Positions 9,704-21,119 are shown, numbered from the stretch's first letter. The stretch is DNA of 64,000 nucleotides from Sulfurimonas sp. (GCA_965243085.1 CBDETZ010000003.1:29720-93719); one strand, 5' to 3'. Made by a program: numbers and translations. Notes: a model not told the origin generated them from the letters alone.

Positions 9704-11235
9704 AATATATTAACCCTTAACTCACTAAAGTAAAGTTTTTCTTCTTCATTATATGTTATCTCTTTAAGGAAAAATTTAAACTTATGATCATATTTTTTTG
9801 TAAGGTATTCTACTAGATTAGTTATTTTTTTATCTTTATTTGAGAGTAATAAAAGTGTTAAATATTTATTTTCTTTTTCTTGAGAATAGTTTATATTTTT
9901 AACTCTCACCAAAAACTTATTGAGATCTTTTGTTATTTGAGAAATTAGTTTTGCTTTCATAGGATAGTTTACTTTTACATCATGTATTTTCATTAATGTA
10001 TTCTTTTTCTCTGTATAGCGATTACTTTCATCAGTTAATAAGGCTAAAGATTTTTCTCTTTGAGCTTCTTTACTTTTTACAAGTGCTTGTCTTGTTGATT
10101 TCTTTGCATGAAGATTTTTATATTCATTATTTAATAATTCATATTGAATTTCTTGCGTATAGGTAAGAGTCCAATAAGCAATTGGAGAAGAAAAAGCAAC
10201 AAAAAATGAAATAGCAATAAGGATAAATATTTTACCACTTTGGCGTTTGGTAAATTTAGGTGGGCGGTTATACGTTGAAAAATTACATAAATATTTTTCA
10301 TCATCTTCAAGTCTTGTGGTGATATGAAGTAAGGCATGGATTTGATTAATGTATTGATTATTAGTTTCAAATCCATAATTAAAATTAAAATCACTCGATT
10401 CAATTCCTAATTCTACTTCAGAAATTTCATATAGTTTAGAAGCTAAATCAATTTGTGAACCTATATAAATATGAGAAACTTTTTCAATAGCAAAAGCTTT
10501 TTTTGCATAAGTTAATATATTAGTGATATTTGAAAAAAGTTCTTTATAAAGCTTTAAAATAATTGTTTTATAAGGACTCTTTGTATATTTTAAATTTTCC
10601 TGGGATAAAAATTCAATGAATTCTTGATAATTAACTCTCTCACCATAAAGTTCACAAAATTTTTCATGCATTTGTAATAGAGAATATTCTAAAGATTTTG
10701 CGTAAATAAACTCTTTTTCATTATAAATGGCAATAAAGGCATCATCCTGTTCAAAGTACACAAAAGAGTGTGTTCCCCCATCTTGTATTATCTCTTTTGA
10801 ATATAAAGACTTTATAAGTAGTGGAGAGGGAATGATAGTATCTATATAATTTATAGCCTCAACAGTAGTTAAGAATATTTCGTCCAGCTCGAGAGGATCC
10901 ACTAAAAAGACCTGAAAGTGTCTGTTTTCAGTATCTATAGCACTGTAAACTTCTATATATTGTATTTGGTATTCAATGGCTTGGTCTAAACCTAACTCAT
11001 CATAGACTTTGATGTTTATACTATCAAATACATCTTCTTCTGGAATATTTTTGCTAATTTCTATCTGGTTACTAATGTAAGTTTGTGTATTTAAATAGGA
11101 AGTAACAAATTGTTCTTTAATATAGCTAGGATTTTTCTCTTCATTTAAAAGATCTGAGACACCATTTATATATTCATTATTATAGGGATTAACAGAGAGT
11201 ATACTTGAAAAAATATTTAGCTGCTTTGTACTCAT
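9700..11235 (-). CDS. PilM/PilN-like fused pilus assembly protein
   Basis: 511 aa: cytoplasmic actin-like N-domain, one TM near residue 340, coiled coil; first gene of the operon. Confidence 0.7.
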   Translation of the reverse strand: MSTKQLNIFSSILSVNPYNNEYINGVSDLLNEEKNPSYIKEQFVTSYLNTQTYISNQIEISKNIPEEDVFDSINIKVYDELGLDQAIEYQIQYIEVYSAIDTENRHFQVFLVDPLELDEIFLTTVEAINYIDTIIPSPLLIKSLYSKEIIQDGGTHSFVYFEQDDAFIAIYNEKEFIYAKSLEYSLLQMHEKFCELYGERVNYQEFIEFLSQENLKYTKSPYKTIILKLYKELFSNITNILTYAKKAFAIEKVSHIYIGSQIDLASKLYEISEVELGIESSDFNFNYGFETNNQYINQIHALLHITTRLEDDEKYLCNFSTYNRPPKFTKRQSGKIFILIAISFFVAFSSPIAYWTLTYTQEIQYELLNNEYKNLHAKKSTRQALVKSKEAQREKSLALLTDESNRYTEKKNTLMKIHDVKVNYPMKAKLISQITKDLNKFLVRVKNINYSQEKENKYLTLLLLSNKDKKITNLVEYLTKKYDHKFKFFLKEITYNEEEKLYFSELRVNIL

Positions 11236-11308
11236 TAGTTATATTCCTAATTTTTAAATGAACCACCTTAACTATGGAACAAAAGTTATCATTTCTAAAA
11301 AATCTACT

Positions 11309-11569
11309 AGACTTCTTACAAAACTCCTATATACCTGCAGAGAGCTAAGAAGTACTAAAATTGTGTAAAACAAATTTTTATTCCTAGCCTAAGCTAAGGG
11401 TAAAATATTTTTTCATGTAAGGTTAGTACTTATTATCCCTTCCCAGGACACTTTATAGAGAGCATTACTCAGAGTTAAAGAACCCCAAGCATAGCTTGGC
11501 TACGCTTGTGAACATTGATTAAAACTCTCTATAAAGTGCTAAGGCATATAGGAGCTTTAGAAGAACTCT
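11309..11569 (+). mobile_element. MITE-A, diverged old copy
   Basis: Left IR agacttcttacaaaactcc, degenerate right IR, act TSD, several internal substitutions and deletions. Confidence 0.8.
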
Positions 11570-12307
11570 ACTCTATCGTATAGAAAATTTCTTGGCTATT
11601 CTAAAGAATAATGAGATATTTACTTTTAAGTATTCTAACTAACAAAACTGAAAATTCGCTTTATATCCCGAATAAATTCTATTTTTATTACTGATGTTAC
11701 GATAATCTAAACCTTCAAATTTACAAAAGGTGACATATTAAAAATAGATGGCATTAAAAATGCTTAAAATATATATGAAGCAATTAGAAGATATGTACAT
11801 AAATTTCGCAATCAGTTCATTTAGCAAGATAGAGATGACAAAACTTTCAAAAGTAACAGGTAATAGTCATGATATTTTCACAAAGCATCTACTATTAAAT
11901 GATTCTCTTGATGATGAAAAGACTTTGTGGAAATCAATAAAACCATTTTTAAGAGATTATGAGAATGAAGACAATGCTTGTATTATTATCGATGATATGC
12001 TTATGCATAAGCCTTGGAGTAAAGTAAATGATGTAGTTTGCTGGCATTATGACCATGTGTCACAAAAGATGCAAAAAGGTATCTTAATGCTAAATTTTCA
12101 TTATACAGATGCTACAGGTATATCTATCCCTTTGGGATATGAAATTATCACAAAAACTGAAAATAAGTGGAGTGAGGAACATCAGAAGAATATTAAAAAA
12201 TCTCTCTTTAGTAAAAATGAAATAATGCAAGATAAACTTCAAATTTTACATCACAATAATGAAGTGAAATATAAATATATTTTATTTGATAAATGGTTTT
12301 CAAGTAT

Positions 12308-12471
12308 AGACTTCTCCTAAAACCTTTTTCAATATTTGGATATATGTCCCTACGCAGTTACTTTAATTTAAAATATAAGAGTAATTTCAATATTACTAAA
12401 ATATAATCTTGCTAAAGCCTATAAACAGGTATCTAAATGGAGGTATTACTATGAGCTTTTAGGAGAAGTCC
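12308..12471 (+). mobile_element. MITE-B (164 bp)
   Basis: IR agacttctcctaaaa/ttttaggagaagtcc, tat TSD. Confidence 0.92.
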
Positions 12472-12699
12472 TATTAAGAATCTACTTTTTATAGAAGAAG
12501 AACTAAACAAGAAGTTTGTATGTCCAATAAAAAGTAATAGAAAAATAGCACTCACTTTAGAAGAAAGAAATAGACTTCTTGCAAAACTCCTATATACCAC
12601 AGAGAGCTAAGAAGGACTAAAATTGTGTAAAACAAATTTTTATTCCTAGCCTAAGCTAAGGGTAAAATATTTTTTTATGCAAGGTTAGTCCTTACTATC

Positions 12700-14319
12700 C
12701 AGCAATTCTAACCCAACACCAAAAATCACCACTCAATCATTTTTACAACATTAAAAAATAATTAACTAAAAACTTTTTATAGCCGTTAGTATTTTTTACG
12801 ACTTCAATATCTTCTGTTTTTATTTCAATAAAGCTCCAATTATCACTATTAATGGGAGTAATAGTATTTTTGACATAGGTATAGCCTTGTGAATATTTAC
12901 TAGTCCAAATGGATACCATCTATATAGCCTTTTATCATTGTTTGATAGAGAATATCCCAATCTAAAAAGTAAAAAAATGTTGTGAAAGTATTGATATGGT
13001 TAAAGAATGTTTTTCTCTTGTTTATAAGTCCATATAACTCTTTATAATCATCATCATATGTTAAGCATAGTGTATGAGTTAAGAATGCTAATATGTTAAA
13101 AACAAATAGCAACTCACTTAGTCCTTTTTTGCCGTGTCCAAAGTTATGTTCAAGATTGTAACCTCCTGTTTTTAATGTATTATTATTCTCATTTTCAATC
13201 TTCCATCTAGCACGACCTGCTTCTACAATCTCTTCTACATTTTCATCTTTAATTATATAGTCTGTTATAAAAGCACCACTATAAATTATCTTCCCTTTTA
13301 CCTCTTTAACTTCAACACTACACCAATTTACTTTTATAGGATTCTTTTCTCCTGTAAGTTCTACTTCATGTAGATATTTATAGTTGTAACTCTCTTTTTT
13401 TCTTTGTTTATTTAGTTTAGTAGCTGTTTTAGTATCCATATTACCGAGGTTATCAACCATATGTACAGTTTCATATAATTTTTTATGAGAAGTCTCTTTG
13501 CAGACAAATATATAGTTATACTCTTTCTCTCTTATCTTTTTAATAAGTGAAGTCTTTGAATATAAATCATCGCCCAAGAGTACTAGTTTATATTTTTTAG
13601 CGAGTATATGTGTTTTATCTAACCATCTTTTGGATGCGTTAATCTCACAATCTTGTTTATCATCTCCATCCGTATTTGATATCATCTCTGGTAATAATGG
13701 AAGTATTGTATTGGTCTTTGGTTTTGCTATTATTGGTGTTATTGCACTATGGTAATATTGAAGAGTCTCACTACCTTTAGTATCTGTTTTTTTTCTTGTT
13801 TGACAATGCTCACAATGTATTTTTGTTGAAGAATGGTAGTAAGTGCCATCAAGAAGAACAAGGAGTGTCTTATTATCAAAATAGGTATATTTTTCTAAGG
13901 TTTTTTTTTCTAAAAGTAGTTTATATATTTTATCGAATGTAGGTTGTAGTTTATCACTATCTATATCATCTAATGTATCTCGTACATGATTATCACTTGG
14001 TATCTTTTTTATACCAAATAGTGATTTAGCATTACTTTTACCGCTTTTTGTATTCATTTTTCTTGCAAAGTCTAACCAAGATGGATTTTGAAAATAATAC
14101 ATTGCAAATGCTGATAGTGTTATATCACTCATTGTATATATTAGTTTCTCTTTACTCCTTGAATCTGGTAGTTTTTCAAACTCTTTTGCTATAAGACTTA
14201 TTATCTGTTTTTGAAAATTCATTTATAAATTCTTTACTGCTAATTTTTAAAAGTATAGCAATTCTTATACCTTTTATTTTTTTACAAATTTTTTGGGGTA
14301 GAGTGAATTAGAATTGCTG
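12700..14319 (-). mobile_element. ISNCY-like element, complete (1620 bp)
   Basis: IR cagcaattcta, 9-bp TSD cttactatc; apparently identical copy at 57350-58969. Confidence 0.9.
12900..14222 (-). CDS. DDE transposase (ISNCY-like)
   Basis: LLDGT...HCEHC, KQDCE, LGDDLY, GRARWKIENE motifs; bounded by IRs. Confidence 0.85.
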   Translation of the reverse strand: MNFQKQIISLIAKEFEKLPDSRSKEKLIYTMSDITLSAFAMYYFQNPSWLDFARKMNTKSGKSNAKSLFGIKKIPSDNHVRDTLDDIDSDKLQPTFDKIYKLLLEKKTLEKYTYFDNKTLLVLLDGTYYHSSTKIHCEHCQTRKKTDTKGSETLQYYHSAITPIIAKPKTNTILPLLPEMISNTDGDDKQDCEINASKRWLDKTHILAKKYKLVLLGDDLYSKTSLIKKIREKEYNYIFVCKETSHKKLYETVHMVDNLGNMDTKTATKLNKQRKKESYNYKYLHEVELTGEKNPIKVNWCSVEVKEVKGKIIYSGAFITDYIIKDENVEEIVEAGRARWKIENENNNTLKTGGYNLEHNFGHGKKGLSELLFVFNILAFLTHTLCLTYDDDYKELYGLINKRKTFFNHINTFTTFFYFLDWDILYQTMIKGYIDGIHLD

Positions 14320-15745
14320 CTTACTATCCCTTCCATAGGACACTTTATAGAGAGCCTTACTCAGCGTTAAAGAATCCCAACCCTAGCTTTGGCTACGCTT
14401 GAGAACATTTACCTTGATTAAAACTCTCTATAAAGTGCTAAGCCATATAAGGAGTTTTGCAAGAAGTCTAATAAAGGAAAATATGTTAATATCTCAAGCA
14501 TAGATATAAAGGGTGGTAGTAGTCGGTTGATATATCTTGAAGCTTATAAAAAACCTCTAAGACTTATCAAGCAAGTGGTCAAAAACGGCGATGATGGCGA
14601 ATCTACTTATTTATATCTTGTTACTAATGATATAGACTTATCTTTCAATCAGGTACTTGAAATCTACAAAAGACGGTGGAAAATAGAGGAATATCATAAA
14701 TCTTTAAAACAAAATTTAAAAATAGAACACTCTCCAACAAAAGTTGAAATATCACAAAGAAATCATATACACCACCCTAATCCATTAATAACAAAAGTAT
14801 AAAAAAGGAACAATTATTGCTTTAGTTACAGAAAAACAAAGTGATAATAAAATGGCAATAAAATCAAGAGATAAATTAGCACATAAGCGTTCAAGAAAAG
14901 GCTATGCAAAAATAGCTGAATCAAATAAACTTTTAGAGTTACTATCAAGAGTTCCAGACCATCGTAAAGGTCAAGGGAAACGGCATAAACTAGAACATAT
15001 TTTATATCTAGCTATATTAGCTGGACTAATGGGAGCTACAGATTACAAACAAATCTCTATTTGGATAGATAAACATGTCCAAAAAGAAGAAGTAAAAAAA
15101 CTTCTAGGTGTAGAATTTATAATAACACCAAAAAGAAGTGCTGTATCAGATATACTTGCAAAAGTTGATAGTGAGGCAGTAGAACTTTTGTTTAGAGAAT
15201 GGATAAGAATTTATGTCGATACTACAGGAAAACATCTAAGCGTAGATGGTAAAGTGATGAATGGTAGTAGATATAAAGACCAAAAGGCTGTAGAAGTTGT
15301 TGGTGCAGTTCTATCAGAGATAGGTGTAGTTATTGCTCATCAAAAAATTGCAGAAAAATCAAATGAAATACCTGCTTTACAAGCTATGATAGCAGAGCTT
15401 GGAGATGAATTTCTCTTTACCTTTGATGCGATGAACACACAAAAAAACTCTTGATTCTATTGAGCAAAGTGGTTCAAAGTATATTGCTAAAGTTAAAGAT
15501 AACCAAAAAACACTTCTTGATAAAATAGATGAAATATCAAGAGAGATAAAACCATCAAGCACTTATAAAGCTAAACCAATCCAGCAGTCTAATGAGCGGA
15601 TAAATAGAGAGGTATTTGTATATCAACCGACTACTTTTTATCATAATGAAATCACCCATGTTCGCTCAATCATTAAAACCATTAAAAAAATACACAAGAC
15701 AAATCATAAAACTGGAGAAGTGACAAATAGTACTAGAATTTAGTT

Positions 15746-16004
15746 AGACTTCTTGCAAAACTCCTATATACCTTAGCACTTTATAGAGAGTTTTAATCAA
15801 AGTAAATGTTCTCAAGCGTAGCCAAACGGTTGGGGTTCTTTAACGCTGAGTAAGACTCTCTATAAAGTGTCCTATGGAAGGGATAGTAAGTACTAACCTT
15901 ACATAAAAAAATATTTTACCCTTAGGCTAGGAATAAAAACTTGTTTTACACAATTTTAGTACTTCTTAGCTCTCTGCGGCATATAGGAGTTTTGCAAGAA
16001 GTCT
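15746..16004 (-). mobile_element. MITE-A (short variant, ~259 bp)
   Basis: IR agacttcttgcaaaactcc, gtt TSD. Confidence 0.92.
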
Positions 16005-16221
16005 GTTCTGTATAGCAAATTTTCGTGAAAATGCGGAGTTCTTTCATGATAAAATTTTACTCCATTGGAAGGTAGAAACAATGCACCAATACAAAGATAA
16101 TACACTTTTAGAAGATGACCATAATGCTCATCTAAATCCATTTTTAATGACAATTATCAGAAGCATTATTTTAAATATCTTGCACCTAAATGGTACAAAA
16201 TCTATACAAGAACAACTCATT

Positions 16222-16490
16222 AGACTTCTTGCAAAACTCCTATATACCACAGAGAGCTAAGAAGGACTAAAATTGTGTAAAACAAATTTTTATTCCTAGC
16301 CTAAGCTAAGGGTAAAATATTTTTTTGTGCAAGGTTAGTACTTACTATCCCTTCCATAGGACACTTTATAGAGAGCCTTACTCAGCGTTAAAGAACCCCA
16401 ACCCTAGCTTTGGCTACGCTTGAGAACATTTACCTTGATTAAAACTCTCTATAAAGTGCTAAGCCATATAAGGAGTTTTGCAAGAAGTCT
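16222..16490 (+). mobile_element. MITE-A (269 bp)
   Basis: IR agacttcttgcaaaactcc, att TSD. Confidence 0.95.
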
Positions 16491-16758
16491 ATTAACAATA
16501 GATGGGATTTAGATGACTCTATCGCTTAACTCTTTAAATTTAGTTTTTAGTGGATTATGGTGCATGTACACTTATCTGTTCGTGGTTTTATAAAACTTGA
16601 GAAACTTCGATTAAACTATAAAATGAACCACTTTGCCATTAAGGAAAAAATATATATTGAGGCTCTCAAAGTCGCCTACCAAAAAGTTGAAGAATTACAA
16701 GTTGCTTAGATTTGTAGCACTTCTTAAACTTTATGAATTTAGATTATCGTAACATCAG

Positions 16759-18014
16759 CACCCCAATCCATTAATAACTAGAAATTAAAAGTGGAATAAT
16801 TATTGCTTGCTTTTGAGAAAAATAAGGTGATAAGAAAATGGCAATAAAAGCAAGAGATAAATTAGCACAAAAGCGTTCAAGAAAAGGCTATGCAAAAATA
16901 GCTGAATCAAATAAACTTTTAGAGTTACTATCAAGAGTTCCAGACCATCGTAAAGGTCAAGGTAAACGGCATAAATTAGAACATATCTTATATCTAGCTA
17001 TATTAGCTGGACTAATGGGAGCTACAGATTACAAACAAATCTCTATTTGGATAGATAAACATGTCCAAAAAGAAGAAGTAAAAAAACTTCTAGGTGTAGA
17101 ATTTATAATAACACCAAAAAGAAGTGCTGTATCAGATATACTTGCAAAAGTTGATAGTGAGGCAGTAGAACTTTTGTTTAGAGAATGGATAAGAATTTAT
17201 GTCGATACTACAGGAAAACATCTAAGCGTAGATGGTAAAGTGATGAATGGTAGTAGATATAAAGACCAAAAGGCTATACAAGTTGTTGGTGCAGTTCTAT
17301 CAGAGATAGGTGTAGTTATTGCTCATCAAAAAATTGCAGAGAAATCAAATGAAATACCTGCTTTACAAGCTATGATAGCAGAGCTTGGAGATGAATTTCT
17401 CTTTACCTTTGATGCGATGAACACACAAAAAAACTCTTGATTCTATTGAGCAGAGTGGTTCAAAATATATTGCTAAAGTTAAAGGTAACCAAAAAACACT
17501 TCTTGATAAAATAAATGAAATATCAAGAGAGATAAAACCATCAAGCACTTATAAAGCTAAACCAATCCAGCAATCTAATGAGTGGATAAATAGAGAAGTA
17601 TTTATATATGAACCAACTACTTTTTATCATAATGAAATTACCCATGTTCGCTCAATCATTAAAACCATTAAAAAAATACACAAGACAAATCATAAAACTG
17701 GAGAAGTGACAAATAGTACTAGAATTCAGTTCTGTATAGCAAATTTTCGTGAAAATGCGGAGTTCTTTCATGATAAAATTTTACTCCATTGGAAGGTAGA
17801 AACAATGCACCAATACAAAGATAATACACTTTTAGAAGATGACCATAATGCTCATCTAAATCCATTTTTAATGACAATTATCAGAAGCATTATTTTAAAT
17901 ATCTTGCACCTAAATGGTACAAAATCTATACAAGAACAACTCATTAACAATAGATGGGATTTAGATGACTCTATCGCTCAACTCTTGAAATTTAGTTTTT
18001 AGTGGATTGTGGTG
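16759..18014 (+). mobile_element. ISAs1 type A, complete
   Basis: IRs; TSD taacatcag/caacatcag duplicates the IS701 tip; ORFs 16838-17440 and frameshifted continuation to 18002. Confidence 0.92.
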
Positions 18015-18024
18015 CAACATCAGT

Positions 18025-18293
18025 AGACTTCTTGCAAAACTCCTTATATGGCTTAGCACTTTATAGAGAGTTTTAATCAAGGTAAATGTTCTCAAGCGTA
18101 GCCAAAGCTAGGGTTGGGGTTCTTTAACGCTGAGTAAGGCTCTCTATAAAGTGTCCTATGGAAGGGATAGTAAGTACTAACCTTGCACAAAAAAATATTT
18201 TACCCTTAGCTTAGGCTAGGAATAAAAATTTGTTTTACACAATTTTAGTCCTTCTTAGCTCTCTGTGGTATATAGGAGTTTTGCAAGAAGTCT
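18025..18293 (-). mobile_element. MITE-A
   Basis: IRs, agt TSD. Confidence 0.95.
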
Positions 18294-18320
18294 AGTTATG
18301 AAAATAACAGAAGTAAAAAT

Positions 18321-18484
18321 AGACTTCTCCTAAAACCTTTTTCAATATTTGGATATATGTCCCTACGCAGTTACTTTAATTTAAAATATAAGAGTAATTT
18401 CAATATTACTAAAATATAATCTTTCTAAAGCCTATAAACAGGTATCTAAAGTGAGGTATTACTATGAGCTTTTAGGAGAAGTCC
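18321..18484 (+). mobile_element. MITE-B
   Basis: IRs, aat TSD. Confidence 0.92.
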
Positions 18485-19020
18485 AATATTAAAAGAACTT
18501 AAAGAGATTCAGAACCATGGTAAAAGCTCACAAGAACGAATGCGAGCATTAGGTATTTTATTGTCAAATGATGGGAAAAAGAGCCAAGAAATAGCAGATA
18601 TTTTTGAAGTGACTCAACGAACAGTTTTCCAATGGTTTAAAGATTTTAGAAGTGAGGGAATTGTAAGTTTAAAGTGCAGTCAAGGAAGGGGTAGAAAAAG
18701 ACTATTAAATACAAATAATCACTTAAAAATCATCCAACAACATATAGAAACATATCCTAACCAACCTAAAAAGGCATTTGCACTTAGTGTCCAAGAGATA
18801 GGGATAGAAATGAGCTATAGAACATTCAAAAGGTTTTTAAAAAAGCACTCAATTTAAGCTACAAACGAATAAGAAAAGATCCTTCAAAAACCCCAGATAG
18901 TGAATTTTATAATACTAAACGCAAAGACCTTCAGACCTTAGAATTATTCGCTAAGAAAGGGATTGTATATCTCTACTACTTTGATGAAAGTGGATTTAAT
19001 TTGACACCTAACTTACCTTA

Positions 19021-19130
19021 GAGACTGTGAAAGAACTGTCATTCCGTACTTGATACGGAATCTAAAAGCCCTTAAACGCTAGATTCTGAATCAAGTTCAG
19101 AATGACTTTTTAGAGTTCTTTCACAGTCTC
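19021..19130. mobile_element. MITE-D (110 bp, REP-pair core)
   Basis: 17-bp perfect IR gagactgtgaaagaact, tta TSD; inverted copy at 61507-61616. Confidence 0.9.
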
Positions 19131-19275
19131 TTATGCTTGGTCATCCATTACTAAGACAATTGCAATACCCGCAAGAATGTCTAAAAAGCTTAATGTACTT
19201 GGCTTTTTGAATATTAATAACTCTAAACTTTTTGCATCAACAACTTATGATAGAGTAGATACAGAAGTTGTTATT

Positions 19276-19543
19276 AGACTTCTTGCAAAACTCCTCTATA
19301 CCTCAGAGAGCTAAGAAGGACTAAAATTGTGTAAAACAAATTTTTATTCCTAGCCTAAGCTAAGGGTAAAATATTTTTTTATGCAAGGTTAGTACGTACT
19401 GTCCCTTGCATAGGACACTTTATAGAGAGCCTTACTCAGCGTCAAAGAACCCCAACCGTAGCTTTGGCGACGCTTGAGAACATTTACTTTGATTAAAACT
19501 CTCTATAAAGTGCTAATGCATATAGGAGTTTTGCAAGAAGTCT
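19276..19543 (+). mobile_element. MITE-A (subtype b)
   Basis: IRs, att on both flanks. Confidence 0.95.
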
Positions 19544-19724
19544 ATTTTCTTTTTACCTCCATACTCTCCACAGCTAAACCCTATAGAACAACTTTGGAAA
19601 TTTATGGAGTATTACTGGATAGAACTTGATGCTTATAAGTCTACTGAAAATATGAAAAACTATGTTGAAAAAATTATTATTGGTTATGGAAGTAGATATG
19701 AGATTGAATTTGTTTAGCTACTTA

Positions 19725-20124
19725 TACTCACAAAAAATGCTTCTTCCAGTTTTTTAGACTTACTGGTAAAACTTCATATTGACTTGCTATCTCATTTATA
19801 GTTTTAGCACCCTCTAAAACTAATTTTGCTTTAAATTCTGCACTATATGTTTTTCTTTTTGTACTCATAATTATTTATCCCTATTTTTTGTATTCTTATA
19901 CTAGACTTCTCCTAAAACCTTTTTCAATATTTGGATATATGTCCCTACGCAGTTACTTTAATTTAAAATATAAGAGTAATTTCAATATTACTAAAATATA
20001 ATCTTGCTAAAGCCTATAAACAGGTATCTAAATTGAGGTATTACTATCAGCTTTTAGGAGAAGTCCACTATCATTTGGAATAAGAATGCTTGGTTAATTG
20101 GTTTGTTTTTCTAGGGACATTATA
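19725..20124 (-). pseudogene. IS3 type B left-end fragment carrying a MITE-B
   Basis: Copy of 1626-1858 plus an insertion. Confidence 0.8.
19903..20066 (+). mobile_element. MITE-B
   Basis: IRs, act TSD. Confidence 0.92.
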
Positions 20125-20127
20125 TAA

Positions 20128-20170
20128 AAGATAATCCTATTAATTGAAGTTATTTCTATTCTACTACTTA
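20128..20170. repeat. MITE-C terminal fragment
   Basis: Matches the last ~43 bp of 27443-27593. Confidence 0.7.
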
Positions 20171-20226
20171 TATCAAATTATACTAAAAGCATCTTATAAA
20201 AATTAAAAAAAAAAGAAGGGGGAAAA

Positions 20227-20250
20227 CACTACACAATCTAAAATGTAGTG
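20227..20250 (-). terminator. Putative intrinsic terminator of the 11-mer repeat gene
   Basis: cactaca/tgtagtg stem 30 bp past the stop, followed by T-rich sequence on the minus strand. Confidence 0.45.
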
Positions 20251-20279
20251 CTTATGATAAAAATATTTGTAACTAAAGA

Positions 20280-21119
20280 CTATTTATGAATATTATTGAG
20301 TGCGTCAGCAGTATTAGTAGTTGCAGTATTAATTGCCGAAGCAGTATTAGTTGTTGCAGTGTTAGAAGCTGAAGCAGCATTTGTAGTCGCAGTATTTATG
20401 GCAGAAGCGATGTCCTTGGAAATAGTTTTTGCAGAATCATTAAGATTTGATGAAGTAATATTTACAGATGCTTCCATATTTGTTGAAACAGTTTTAGTGG
20501 AGTCTTTAATATTCGAAGAAGCAGTATTTATCGCTGATGTAGCATTAGCAGATACATTAGTAGTAGTATCTCTTAAATCATTAGAAACAGTATTAGAAAC
20601 ATTGCTTACATCTTTAGATAATGATTTTGTAGAATCATTAACATGACTAGATACAGTACCTACTGAAGAGGTAATATTGTTTGAAGTTGAGATTGAGCTA
20701 TCTTTGAAATCTTTAGAAGCCATAGTTGAGCTATCTTTAAAATCTCTACTTGTATTAGAAGTAGTGTCTTTAGAATCTTCAGCAATTTCAATAGTAGAAT
20801 CTCTTAAATCTTTTGACACGCCAGAGATAGTAGTAGTTGTACTTGTAGTAGTAGAAACTTCAGAAGTTTTTACATCATCAGAAACTTTTACTAAAGAGTC
20901 TTTAGTGTCAGAACTTACAGCAGCCGTAGTTCTCTCAGCTGATTTTGAAGTTTCAACTACCCCAGTTACACTTGCGCTTGATACATCTGAAGCATCCTTA
21001 CTCATCGAAGTAATACTATCTTTGATATTCTTAAATATATCATTAAGGCTAAAGTCTGATGCAGATAAACCTGTAGTTAATACTAGAGCCGTTATTGAAC
21101 TTATTACTATGTTTTTCAT
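20280..21119 (-). CDS. Secreted Ser/Thr/Ala-rich protein with 11-residue repeats
   Basis: Signal peptide; RBS aagga; ~16 consecutive 11-mers (SKDFKDSSIST, SNDLRDTTTNV, TTNTASAINTA). Confidence 0.8.
   Translation of the reverse strand: MKNIVISSITALVLTTGLSASDFSLNDIFKNIKDSITSMSKDASDVSSASVTGVVETSKSAERTTAAVSSDTKDSLVKVSDDVKTSEVSTTTSTTTTISGVSKDLRDSTIEIAEDSKDTTSNTSRDFKDSSTMASKDFKDSSISTSNNITSSVGTVSSHVNDSTKSLSKDVSNVSNTVSNDLRDTTTNVSANATSAINTASSNIKDSTKTVSTNMEASVNITSSNLNDSAKTISKDIASAINTATTNAASASNTATTNTASAINTATTNTADALNNIHK

Larger units (their letters stand above)
12572..14469 (+). mobile_element. MITE-A split by an ISNCY element
   Basis: aat TSD; the halves rejoin across the cttactatc duplication. Confidence 0.9.
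14773..16562 (+). mobile_element. ISAs1 type A with two MITE-A insertions
   Basis: IR caccc(c/t)aatcca / ggattatggtg; 9-bp TSD catatacac/catgtacac; transposase ORF1 14852-15454 ends at an A7C shift site. Confidence 0.92.
11691..16758 (+). mobile_element. IS701-family element interrupted by MITE-B, MITE-A(::ISNCY) and ISAs1
   Basis: IR ctgatgttacgataatctaaa at both ends; transposase pieces 11748-12307, 12472-12571, 14470-14772 and 16563-16709 rejoin across TSDs to match the copy at 34540-35562. Confidence 0.92.
18294..19724 (+). mobile_element. IS630-family element (type A), disrupted by MITE-B, MITE-D and MITE-A
   Basis: MKITEVK|ILKELKE...HTH, YFDESGF, LPPYSPQLNPIEQLWK motifs; end gctactta+TA. 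Confidence 0.88.
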
